Shown here piece by piece: positions 10,375 through 19,344 of a stretch of DNA of 64,000 bases (position 1 is the first letter of the stretch; each line of letters begins with the position of its first letter). The position numbers were made by a program, and so were the translations under genes. The stretch is from Candidatus Latescibacterota bacterium (GTDB taxonomy: Bacteria; Latescibacterota; UBA2968; GCA-2709665), in NCBI GenBank assembly GCA_965237675.1, contig OZ250150.1, positions 2,848,001-2,912,000 of the forward strand, in the 5' to 3' direction. The notes beneath the pieces were generated by a model. The model was not told the DNA's origin. It saw only the letters and a list, made by a program, of their open reading frames with translations, and searched no databases.

Positions 10375-10821
10375 TTATTGCCCGGTGCTGCCGAAACCTC
10401 CACGGTCGGGTGCGTCGAGTTGGTCTGCTTCCTCCCATTCGGCCTGGACGATTCGGACGAAGATGCCCTGCGCGAGTCGCTCACGCCGCCCGACACTTAC
10501 CGGGCGGTCCGTAAAGTTGTAAACCTGGACGTGGATCTCGTCATTGGGACCGCGATAATCCTGGTCCACAATGCCAACGCCGTTCGGTACCATCAGGCCT
10601 TTCGTGAAAGGTAAGCTGCTGCGGGCGGCCAGCAGGAGCATGTAGCCGGGTGGAACCGCAACGATGAGGTTGGCCGGGACAAGACGAATTTCACCCGGAG
10701 GAACGGTCGTCGTCTTCCGGCACAGCAGATCGAATCCGACCGAGCCCGGAGTCTGGTGGCTCGGCAGAGGGAGCGAGGAGTCCACTCTTTTGATCAGTAT
10801 TTTTTTTACGTGTTCAGGCAG
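10375..10821 (-). CDS. dut: dUTP diphosphatase (trimeric)
   Basis: GFDL, RSS, GIVDQDYRG, RLAQ, RGGFGSTG. Frame stays open upstream of GTG10785 to a CTG at 10821 that follows an AAAGGA RBS; start uncertain. Confidence 0.93.
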   Translation of the reverse strand: MPEHVKKILIKRVDSSLPLPSHQTPGSVGFDLLCRKTTTVPPGEIRLVPANLIVAVPPGYMLLLAARSSLPFTKGLMVPNGVGIVDQDYRGPNDEIHVQVYNFTDRPVSVGRRERLAQGIFVRIVQAEWEEADQLDAPDRGGFGSTGQ

Positions 10822-10859
10822 TGTCGCGTTTCCTTTCGGGCAGGCTTGTCGATGACAAT

Positions 10860-10889
10860 AATGTAAACCATCGGGTCGTCGGCTGTCAA
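10860..10889 (-). promoter_or_regulatory. Putative sigma-70 promoter for dut-ispH
   Basis: TTGACA-18-TACATT. Confidence 0.55.
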
Positions 10890-11066
10890 TAGTTTTCCTG
10901 AAAACAGTGTGGACACCCGTCGTTACGGATCACCAATATGGCTTGACTTTCACATGTTCCTTTGTCATCATGGACGTCGGATTATGAAAACCATACGGGT
11001 CTCTTGACCAACAGTCGATTGTTGTGAGTTCAGGGTTGGTTTCACAAGCCAGTGTGTGAATGAGAG

Positions 11067-13022
11067 ATGAATCCGGATTACGAACATTGGACGCGGTATC
11101 TGCTGCCGCTTCCCCACGAGGTCGCCTTCGAGGGTGATGTAGAATGCCGTCCCGAGGGGGTTTCGATTGTGGTGCGGACGGGCGCCGGGGCGATCGAAAA
11201 ACACGCGGCGGCGATGTTGGAACGCCTGTGCGGCGCAGCTGCGGGGGACGAACCCGTGGGCGGTGCGTTTGAGATCGCGATCGGGGTGGTAGATAGCGGC
11301 CCGGATGCGGAGCGGTTGCGGGGGTTGCCGAATTTCGAACAGGCATATGCGATCCGGCCGGAGGGACAGAAGCGGCTGGTGCTCGCCGCGTTGTCTGAAC
11401 CCGGAATATTGTATGCGGCCCAGACACTTCGCCAACTCCTGGAGCCGATGCTGTTACCTGAAAGCATCCGCATTCCGCTCGTTTCGGTGACCGATTGGCC
11501 GGATCTGGACGAACGCGGCATGTGGAACTTTCCCTCGCCGGAGGAATGGATCCCGTGGATGGCATCGATGAAATTGAACTATGGCAAAATGGATTCCACG
11601 GAACTGTCGACGGTGGTGCGAGGGAAACCGAACAGCGCCAGGATCGATACGGCGCTTATGGAAGCGGCGCGCCTGCTCGGATTTCACTATGTGCCACTTA
11701 TAACCCATTTGAATTTTCTGCATGACCGCGGCCTGTATCGCGCTTATCCCGAGTTGGCGGGCAAAGGCGACGGCGCGCTGGCAGGGCGATATTTCGCCCA
11801 TAAGGAAGGCAATCAGCATCGTGTGCCGTGCGCGTCCAATCCCCTGCTGGTGGAAATTCTGGCAGAGTGGATGGCGGATATCGCGTCTCAGGGCGCACCC
11901 CAGGTGGGCTGCTGGTTGAGCGAGCGGCCCGCTCAGTGTGAATGTGACGATTGCACGGCCCACGGGCAGTTCGTGCTTGAAGCCAGGGCGTTTGTCAAAG
12001 CCCGGAAACGGATTCGCCCGCGGTATCCCGATTTCAACATTCGCATTTTCCTGTCCACCACCACGTCGGAGCGGGATTACCGCGTTGTAGCGGAGTTGCC
12101 GGGGGAAGTGAAAATCGAGCGCGCCTGCGCTACCGAAATGGAGCGCGTGTTGCACCTGCCGAGAGATCTGACGGCCAACCCCCTTTTGGATTACCATGCT
12201 TCGCAGGGTCGATGGATCGCCAGCTACGACGTGCCGATCAACGCGAACGGACGGGTGGATACCCCCGAGTTCAAGGTACCGCAGTCGTCGGCGCATCGGA
12301 TCCGGGACTATGTGGGTCAGCTGATACGGCGGAAATACAGCGGGGCCTACGGAATGATGGCGTGGGTGTCCATGGGCAAGGAGACGTGCGGGTTCAATGT
12401 CGCGGCCCTGGCGGAGTATTCATGGAACTTAAACGGTCGCAGTGAAAAGGAGTTCGCCATCGCGTGGGCCACGCGGGAAGGCTATGCCGATGCCGAGGCG
12501 TTCGGGGAATGGTCGGAACGGATAGGGCCCGTGGCGTTTGATGTCTACGATTCCGATTTTCCGATCTGTTATTCCTGGGGGAAGGCGGTCGAGATGATTC
12601 GGCGGAAACGGCGCCCGTATCTCGGCGAGGGCATGTTCCGGTACTATGAACGTGTAGAGGCCTTTGACGAAAAAGTGAACACGTGCCGCCAGGCAATGCA
12701 GATCGCTTATGAATTCGCCCGCCACGATCGTGTCAATGAGACTCGCGTCGTCATGACCTACGTGGAACTTGCCCGCTGCGTCTATCACGTTGCGGAGCAG
12801 GTGGCGACACGCGACCTGGCGGATCCGGACGTTCAGGCACAGCTTCACGCGGCGTTTGAATCGCTTGAGAGAGCCGGCGGGGCCAACGTCGCCGCCATCC
12901 GGACCTGGCGGGCGGCGCTGGGGCCGGAGCCGTGGCATGATAGGGTTTACGATGCGATTCGAGGCACGGAGACAACCGTGCGCGAGATTGAAAAGCTCTT
13001 ACAGGAGCGGTATTGCCATTAA
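11067..13022 (+). CDS. GH20/hexosaminidase-N-domain-like protein (DUF4838-like)
   Basis: N-terminal LLPLPHEV...EQAYAI...GILYAAQTLRQL...TDWPDLDERG pattern of GH20 domain 2; CECDDC motif. Confidence 0.65.
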   Translation: MNPDYEHWTRYLLPLPHEVAFEGDVECRPEGVSIVVRTGAGAIEKHAAAMLERLCGAAAGDEPVGGAFEIAIGVVDSGPDAERLRGLPNFEQAYAIRPEGQKRLVLAALSEPGILYAAQTLRQLLEPMLLPESIRIPLVSVTDWPDLDERGMWNFPSPEEWIPWMASMKLNYGKMDSTELSTVVRGKPNSARIDTALMEAARLLGFHYVPLITHLNFLHDRGLYRAYPELAGKGDGALAGRYFAHKEGNQHRVPCASNPLLVEILAEWMADIASQGAPQVGCWLSERPAQCECDDCTAHGQFVLEARAFVKARKRIRPRYPDFNIRIFLSTTTSERDYRVVAELPGEVKIERACATEMERVLHLPRDLTANPLLDYHASQGRWIASYDVPINANGRVDTPEFKVPQSSAHRIRDYVGQLIRRKYSGAYGMMAWVSMGKETCGFNVAALAEYSWNLNGRSEKEFAIAWATREGYADAEAFGEWSERIGPVAFDVYDSDFPICYSWGKAVEMIRRKRRPYLGEGMFRYYERVEAFDEKVNTCRQAMQIAYEFARHDRVNETRVVMTYVELARCVYHVAEQVATRDLADPDVQAQLHAAFESLERAGGANVAAIRTWRAALGPEPWHDRVYDAIRGTETTVREIEKLLQERYCH

Positions 13023-13055
13023 TCGGGTACAAACATCACCTCACGGGAAACGTCG

Positions 13056-14111
13056 ATGCCGGTCTTGTCACATCTGAATCTCAGACAGTGCGGATATGCG
13101 ATATTCGAAGCCGCCGGGCTACCCGGAAATCAGGCGCGGATCGTAACGGATCATCTGGTGGATGCGAATCTGGTGGGACACGACTCCCACGGGATCATCC
13201 GGATGCCAGGCTACGCGCGCGGCGTGAAGGCGGGTGGAATCAAGCCCGCCGGAGGCCACAAAGTGGTTCGGGAGACGCCCGCGTCGATGACCATCGATGC
13301 GGACGGAGGGATCGGCATCGTGGTGGCCAATCTGGCCATGGGTATGGCGGTGGACCGGGCCCTTCAGCACACGATCGGGGCGGTTGCGGTCCATCGGTCC
13401 GGGCATATCGGCCGGCTCGGCGATTTCCCGTCTATTGCGGCAGAGCGGGATTGTATCGGAATATTGATTTTGAATGGAGGCGGACGTTTCGCGGCGCCGT
13501 TCGGCGGCACGGGCCGGCGTCTGCCTCCCAATCCGATCGCGATTGGCGTCCCCACTGGAGACGGTCCGCCGATGACGCTGGATATGACGACAAGCGTCGT
13601 GGCCGGCGGCAAGATCGACATCTGCCGTGTGCGGAAACAGGCCGTGCCCGAAGGCTGGCTGGTAGACCGGCACGGAAACGCCGTGACCGATCCGGAGGTC
13701 TTCTACGCCGGAGATGCGGCCATGTTGCCCCTCGGCGGCCCCGCCGGACACAAGGGATACGGCCTGGCGATGATGATCGACGCCATCGCGGGCGGCCTTT
13801 CATGGGCTGGGTGCAGTGCGGAGACGCCCACCCGGGGCGGGAGCGGGTTTTTGGCGTTGGCAATCAAGATCGAGAGTTTTGCCGACGTGGACGACTTCAA
13901 GTCGGAGGTGCGGGGTCTGATCGATTGGGTGAAGTCGTCGCCGACGATGCCGGGGGTGGATCGGGTGTACGTGCCGGGAGAGATCGAGACGGAGACCCGC
14001 AGGAAGCGGGAGGCGGAGGGGGTTTTCGTGGAGGAGGCAACGTGGTCGGAAATCCGTTCCGTGGCCGAAGAACTGGGCGTGCCCGTGTCGGAAAACGGAA
14101 CCATGACGTAA
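13056..14111 (+). CDS. Ldh_2 family (malate/L-lactate/ureidoglycolate-type) dehydrogenase
   Basis: GHDSHGI, HIGRLG, NPIAIG, LDMTTS, LPLGG.GHKGYGL, PGEIE. Confidence 0.92.
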   Translation: MPVLSHLNLRQCGYAIFEAAGLPGNQARIVTDHLVDANLVGHDSHGIIRMPGYARGVKAGGIKPAGGHKVVRETPASMTIDADGGIGIVVANLAMGMAVDRALQHTIGAVAVHRSGHIGRLGDFPSIAAERDCIGILILNGGGRFAAPFGGTGRRLPPNPIAIGVPTGDGPPMTLDMTTSVVAGGKIDICRVRKQAVPEGWLVDRHGNAVTDPEVFYAGDAAMLPLGGPAGHKGYGLAMMIDAIAGGLSWAGCSAETPTRGGSGFLALAIKIESFADVDDFKSEVRGLIDWVKSSPTMPGVDRVYVPGEIETETRRKREAEGVFVEEATWSEIRSVAEELGVPVSENGTMT

Positions 14112-14156
14112 TGGCTGAAGCGTCCACCGATTCCAATTTTACGATGGAGAATCAGA

Positions 14157-16784
14157 ATGTCCGGTCCGCCTCGTTCGGTCGTTGATTTCTGTAAAAAAGT
14201 TTTGCCCCTGCTGCACAGGAAAACAGACGGTAGACGGGTACTGGAGGATGTGCGTGCGGTTGTGGCAACGGACCGGTGGAATTCATTCGACCGCTTCACT
14301 GAAACCACAGAGTTGCTGGTAAGGCGTTACGAGGATTCCGGCGCGAAGGCCGAGGTGCATACCATGCGGACGGGTGGTTCCATCGGATCGGGGCGATGGA
14401 TCATTCATAAAGCCGCGGATGTGCGTTCCGCGACGATGGACCTGATTCGTCCGGTAAAGACGCGTATTCTGGACTACAAGGAGAACCCGTGGCACGTGAT
14501 TCAATGGAGCGACGCCACACCGCCCGGCGGAATGGAGAATGAACTGGCTGTCGTGGATACAAAGGAGGCCCTGAGGCGAATTCCCCGTGACGGGCTGTCC
14601 GGGAAGGTGGTACTGACACGGATGGATCCGCGCGGAATGTTGCAGTCCCTCGGGGAATCCGGCGCCGCCGGGGTCGTTACCGATCACCCGGTGCCGAACC
14701 TGCCCGACGCGACAGCGTGGACGAAATTCGGGTGGGGTGGCGTGCCGATTCAGGACGCGGCGGTTCAGATGGTGGGCCTGGTGCTATCCGAGAACCAGGG
14801 AAAACGGCTGCGCCGCCTGGTTCGGAAGCACGGTTGCCTGACGGTGCGGACAGACGTGGATATTCGGCACTATCAGGGAACACACGATCAGGTGAGCGGG
14901 ATCGTGCCGGGTGACGCGGACCCTCAGGATGAGGTATGGGTGCTCGCGCACAGCGCGGAGCCGGGTGCAATCGACAATGCATCGGGCGTGGCGCTTTGTC
15001 TGGAGATCGCACGCATTCTCGAGGCGTTGATCTCGGACGGCGCGCTGCCCCGGCCCAGACGCACAATCCGCCTGATGAGTGCCTACGAATGTCACGGGTT
15101 TTTCAAATACCTGGAAGACGTGCAGCGCCTGCAAACGCCCCTTGCGGGTGTCGTCATCGATACGGTGGGAAGCAAGCCTTCGGTATGCGGCGGCCGGCTC
15201 GAGTGGCATGCGACGATCCCGATGTCGGCCGGCTTTGTGGACCGCCTGGGAGAAGTGATTCTGAACGAAACGCTCCGCCTGCGGAATCCTGGCTATCGTC
15301 TGTTTATGGAGCCGTTTCAACCCACGTCCGATACGCTGATTGGCGATCCGAAGTATGGATTCCCATGCCCCTGGCTCACCACGCACCACCGGAAATCCGG
15401 CCGGGGATTCGATGCTTATCATTCATCCGCCGACACGCCTGATCTTTTGAGTACAACCGGCCTGGCGGCATGCGCAACGGCAATGGCGGGTTATCTGTAC
15501 TGGCTGGCGGATGCGGGCAGCGAGGAAATCGTTGACGTGGCCGCAGCGGAGACCGCAAGAACGATCGAGCGGGTGCGGCGGGCGGGTTCGTCCGTTGTGC
15601 AGGTCGAATTTGAACGCGAGCAGCATCGTGTGAATCTGGAAAAACTCCAACGCTGGATGTGGCGAGGGCGCCGGTCGGATGTTATGGCGCGTTTCATGGA
15701 CCACGAGCGCGAGGTGCGGGACGCCGTGGAAGTCGTGGTGAAGGGCAGGAGGCGTCCACGCCGCAGACGGATTGAAGGCGCGGATCTGATTCCGAGACGG
15801 ACCCGTTTACTGGCCCCCATCGGGGAGAACGCGCCGCCTGAGATCGTCCGACGGATCGGCGAAACGAAGCTTTCACCCTGGGCACTGTTCTGGGCGGACG
15901 GCAATCGGACACTCCAGGAGATCTCACAGGCCGTGGCGTCCGAGACGGGGAGCGCGGTGACGGTTGAGCGGGTCATCGCCTATTTCGAGGCGCACGCCGA
16001 ACTGGGGTACGTGGAGCTTATCCGCGAGGCGGAACAGGTGACGCGCGCCGGTCTGCTGGCGGACCTCCGGGCGCTGGGACTGGCACGGGGCATGGATGTG
16101 ATGGTGCACAGTTCCCTTTCGTCAATCGGACACGTAGTGGGTGGCGCGGATACCGTAATTGAGGCTCTGCTGGCGGTCATTGGTAAGCGAGGCACCCTGA
16201 TGATGCCCTCCTTCAACCACCGGGCCGCCAGTGTGTACAATCCGATAACCACGCCGACGACAAACGGCGCAATCCCCGATGCGTTCTGGCGGCGCCCGGA
16301 CGCGGTCCGGAGCGACCATCCCACACACGCGGTGGCTGCCGTGGGGCCGAGGGCGGAGGCGCTCTGCCGTGACCACAGCAAGAAGGGCCTGTGGACGCCG
16401 GACAGCCCCATCGGCCAACTCGTGCATGGGAACGGGTACGTATTGCTGCTGGGGGTCGACCACAATGCCACAACGGCCTACCATGTGGCTGAGCTTTCGG
16501 TGCCGTGCGGCTGTATCGACCCGTTTGGCAATACCTACCGTGTTGTGATGCCCGACGGCGGCGTGGGCCTGGTCAAGGGGCTGGCGTTCCGGTCGGCGCT
16601 TTGTCCGGTGCCGCCGGGGAAACTGAACAAAGCCCTGGATCGCAGGGGTAAGCAGCGCCGTGGAAGTGTGGGCGCGGCTGACTCGATCTTTGTGCCGGCA
16701 ATAGAGGTCTGGAAGGCGCGGCGGGACCATCTGCGTAACGTATGTCCGAGGTGTGACATCAAGCCCAGGATAGTTGACCCGTAA
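14157..16784 (+). CDS. Fusion of PA/M28-like peptidase (DUF4910-like, with wHTH) and AAC(3)-family N-acetyltransferase
   Basis: HSAEPGAIDNASG, YE, DTVG, YHSSADT (M28); WADGNRTLQEI (wHTH); VMVHSSLSSIG, RSDHPTHA, LLLGV...YHVAE (Antibiotic_NAT). Confidence 0.85.
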   Translation: MSGPPRSVVDFCKKVLPLLHRKTDGRRVLEDVRAVVATDRWNSFDRFTETTELLVRRYEDSGAKAEVHTMRTGGSIGSGRWIIHKAADVRSATMDLIRPVKTRILDYKENPWHVIQWSDATPPGGMENELAVVDTKEALRRIPRDGLSGKVVLTRMDPRGMLQSLGESGAAGVVTDHPVPNLPDATAWTKFGWGGVPIQDAAVQMVGLVLSENQGKRLRRLVRKHGCLTVRTDVDIRHYQGTHDQVSGIVPGDADPQDEVWVLAHSAEPGAIDNASGVALCLEIARILEALISDGALPRPRRTIRLMSAYECHGFFKYLEDVQRLQTPLAGVVIDTVGSKPSVCGGRLEWHATIPMSAGFVDRLGEVILNETLRLRNPGYRLFMEPFQPTSDTLIGDPKYGFPCPWLTTHHRKSGRGFDAYHSSADTPDLLSTTGLAACATAMAGYLYWLADAGSEEIVDVAAAETARTIERVRRAGSSVVQVEFEREQHRVNLEKLQRWMWRGRRSDVMARFMDHEREVRDAVEVVVKGRRRPRRRRIEGADLIPRRTRLLAPIGENAPPEIVRRIGETKLSPWALFWADGNRTLQEISQAVASETGSAVTVERVIAYFEAHAELGYVELIREAEQVTRAGLLADLRALGLARGMDVMVHSSLSSIGHVVGGADTVIEALLAVIGKRGTLMMPSFNHRAASVYNPITTPTTNGAIPDAFWRRPDAVRSDHPTHAVAAVGPRAEALCRDHSKKGLWTPDSPIGQLVHGNGYVLLLGVDHNATTAYHVAELSVPCGCIDPFGNTYRVVMPDGGVGLVKGLAFRSALCPVPPGKLNKALDRRGKQRRGSVGAADSIFVPAIEVWKARRDHLRNVCPRCDIKPRIVDP

Positions 16785-16852
16785 ACGACGGGGCCGATGC
16801 TCGGGGCATGATGGGGCCACGTGGAACGACCCGCTGGACCCGGGGGACAGTG

Positions 16853-16880
16853 TGGTGACATATTTCCGGGACCGAACACT
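16853..16880 (-). repeat. Solo terminal inverted repeat of MITE family A
   Basis: Reverse complement AGTGTTCGGTCCCGGAAATATGTCACCA matches the left end of the copies at 18191 and 55729. Confidence 0.75.
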
Positions 16881-16897
16881 TGAGAGGATTGTCCGCG

Positions 16898-18193
16898 GTG
16901 AATACGGCTCGATCCACAGAGCTTTTTGAAGCGAGTTCCCGCTACCTCGCAATGGGTGTGTCGTCCGGGATGAGGCGCACCGTGACCTCGCCGCCGCTAT
17001 TCTTTGAGCGTGCGGAGGGGCCGTACTACTATGACGTGGACGGGAACAGATTGTTGGACTATACATTGGCGTGGGGGCCGTTGATCCTCGGGTCGAACCA
17101 TCCGGAGTTGAACGCGGCGGTGACGGCGGCGGTTCAGAATTCCTATACCCTGGGCGCCCAGCATCCGGGCGAGGTTGTATTCGCGAAACGACTCGTGGAA
17201 ACGCTGCCGGGCGTGGAACAGGTGATTTTTTCCAATACGGGCTCCGAGGCCGTTCAGGCGGCGCTACGGCTTGCCCGCGCGACAACCGGACGGACCAAGT
17301 TCGTCAAATTCGAGGGGCATTACCATGGCTGGTTGAACAATATTCTGGTGAGCTACCACGAACCCGACGAGACGCTTGGCCCACCGGAAGCCCCCAGGGC
17401 GGTGCCCGCCTGCGGCGGACAGCCCGCGGCCGAATACGCGGAGACCATAACGCTGCCCTGGAACCGGCTGGATCTGTTGGAACGCGTGTTTGCCGAAAGG
17501 GGTACGGAAATTGCCGCTGTGATTACCGAGCCGATACTGGCCAACTCCGGATCCATCATGCCTGCCGAGGGGTTTCTGGAGGGGGTGGTCGACCTCTGTC
17601 GACGCCATGGCGCGGTTTCGATATTCGATGAGGTCATTACCGGGTTTCGTCTTGCCCTGGGCGGTGCGCGGGAATATTTCGGAGTTATCCCTGACCTTTC
17701 GGTCTACGCGAAGGCGTTGGCCGGCGGTTTTACCCTGTCCGCGGTGGCGGGATCGCGGAGGATGTTTGACGTGCTCAGGGAGGGGGCGACGATTCACGCG
17801 GGGACTTATAACGGAAGCACGGTCAATCTCGCCGCCGGGCTTGCGACGGTCAGGGTCCTGAGCGCCAATCCCCAGGCCTTCCGGCAAATGCATGCGCACG
17901 GGGATGCCATACGTCAGACGATTGAAGGGGCGGCGGCTTCGCGGGCTATCCCTGTTTGCGTTTCGGGAGTGGGCACGGTCTTCAACGTTCATTTTGGCGT
18001 TGAGTCCCTGCCTGTGCACTATCGGGACCTGAAAGCCACGGATATGCGGCTTTACACGCGGTTCAGGGAAGGTATGCTGGAGGCGGGCATTCAATTGTTG
18101 CCCGACGGCCGCTGGTATGTGGGGCTCACCCACGGAGAGGCAGAATTGAAACTGGTACGAACAGCGGTCCGGTCGGTTGTCGCTGCGCTCTAG
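16898..18193 (+). CDS. Class III aminotransferase (GSA aminomutase-like)
   Basis: DVDGN, NTGSEA, FEGHYHG, FDEVITGFR, AKALAGG, HAGTYNG. Confidence 0.92.
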   Translation: MNTARSTELFEASSRYLAMGVSSGMRRTVTSPPLFFERAEGPYYYDVDGNRLLDYTLAWGPLILGSNHPELNAAVTAAVQNSYTLGAQHPGEVVFAKRLVETLPGVEQVIFSNTGSEAVQAALRLARATTGRTKFVKFEGHYHGWLNNILVSYHEPDETLGPPEAPRAVPACGGQPAAEYAETITLPWNRLDLLERVFAERGTEIAAVITEPILANSGSIMPAEGFLEGVVDLCRRHGAVSIFDEVITGFRLALGGAREYFGVIPDLSVYAKALAGGFTLSAVAGSRRMFDVLREGATIHAGTYNGSTVNLAAGLATVRVLSANPQAFRQMHAHGDAIRQTIEGAAASRAIPVCVSGVGTVFNVHFGVESLPVHYRDLKATDMRLYTRFREGMLEAGIQLLPDGRWYVGLTHGEAELKLVRTAVRSVVAAL

Positions 18194-18379
18194 TGTCCCG
18201 TCCCAGAAATATGTCACCATTCTTCCAACGATTCATCCCGTCTCGCTTCGTTGCTTGCGCTGAGCTTGTCGAAGTGCCTTCGCTCGCCGACCTTGCGCAG
18301 GTCGCCTTGCTCAGGCGCCTTGCCAGCCGGGCGACTCGTCGGCCGAATTCAGGCAATCTATTTCCGGGACAGAACACTA
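18191..18379 (+). mobile_element. MITE family A (IS630-like ends, TA-flanked)
   Basis: TIRs TAGTGTCCCGTCCCAGAAATA / TATTTCCGGGACAGAACACTA; closely related copy at 55729-55971; no transposase. Confidence 0.85.
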
Positions 18380-18417
18380 GGACAATCTGTCCGCGCTGGA
18401 TTTAAGGGTCAAAGGCC

Positions 18418-18446
18418 TTGACAATGGGGAGGCGTTGTGGTAAAAT
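18418..18446 (+). promoter_or_regulatory. Sigma-70 promoter for UVR protein-hflX
   Basis: TTGACA-17-TAAAAT. Confidence 0.75.
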
Positions 18447-18520
18447 CTCAAAGGGGACGCGCATAACGGTTCTTTTGTGGAGTACCCTACGCTTAGACGG
18501 GAATCTGGAGGAAAAGGGAC

Positions 18521-19297
18521 ATGGGGATGGATGACATTCAGCCTCTTCTCGATAGCTGGCCATACGAGCCCGATAAACTCTGTGTCAGGCGCATCAAGGG
18601 GACGGATGGTCAGGAGAAAATTCAACTCCGGGTGGAGATGGGGATTTTACAGATGGAAGTCGCCGGCCGCCCGGACGGGCAGCGTCCCCACGGGCATGAA
18701 TCGTTGCTCCGATACTATAAGGCAAAGGTTGGGGCGTCACTGCCGGATTCGAAGTCGTTTAAACTCGATCCCGAGGTTTGCCTTGCGCTTCAGGTCGAAG
18801 GCCTTCAGTATTACCATCGGCGGATCAGCTTTCTGGAATTGGGAGAATATCGACTGGCCCAGGAGGACGCTCAGCGAAACCTCGACATGTTTGATTTCGT
18901 CAAGGAATACGCGCGTGAAGAAGAAGATAGCCTGGCTCTTGAGCAATACAGGCCATTCGTTATTGGCCATCGCGTGCGTGCGGCTGTTCTGCAGGAACTG
19001 GAGGCGGAGGATTTCGATGGTGCGCTTCTGGAAATCAACACCGGTATCGAAGAGATTCAGGGTTTTTTCAAAGAGTACGACCGGCCCGACCTGGTGGAAG
19101 ACAGTGAAGAGGTAGTATTCTTGAAGGAATGGGCGGATGAGATTCGCAAGGATCGGCCCAGGCCGCTGTTTCAGGACCTCAAGGAACAACTCAGCGACGC
19201 TGTTGCCATTGAAGATTTCGAACGCGCCGCACAGCTTCGGGACCAGCTCCGGGCGCTTTCGCCCAGAGCGGACCAGAAGTCCGGATCCCGCAAATAG
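18521..19297 (+). CDS. UvrB/UvrC (UVR) motif-containing conserved protein
   Basis: C-terminal LSDAVAIEDFERAAQLRDQL UVR motif; N-terminal GRPDGQRPHG conserved block. Confidence 0.85.
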   Translation: MGMDDIQPLLDSWPYEPDKLCVRRIKGTDGQEKIQLRVEMGILQMEVAGRPDGQRPHGHESLLRYYKAKVGASLPDSKSFKLDPEVCLALQVEGLQYYHRRISFLELGEYRLAQEDAQRNLDMFDFVKEYAREEEDSLALEQYRPFVIGHRVRAAVLQELEAEDFDGALLEINTGIEEIQGFFKEYDRPDLVEDSEEVVFLKEWADEIRKDRPRPLFQDLKEQLSDAVAIEDFERAAQLRDQLRALSPRADQKSGSRK

Positions 19298-19344
19298 GGT
19301 TCGGCGCCCGGCACCCCGCGCCTGCCCGGAAAGGGTCTGACCTA

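Noticed and set aside
9080-10438. 452-aa extended IspH start from the ORF track
   Set aside because: The extension overlaps dut and is low-complexity; ATG10303 is the plausible start.
16000-16784. Calling the AAC(3) domain an aminoglycoside resistance gene
   Set aside because: The family includes many non-resistance members; it is fused and chromosomal, with no integron or transposase context.
16898-18193. Assigning hemL
   Set aside because: GSA-aminomutase-like, but it has no heme-gene context and diverges (HAGTYNG, YHGWLN); likely a paralogue.
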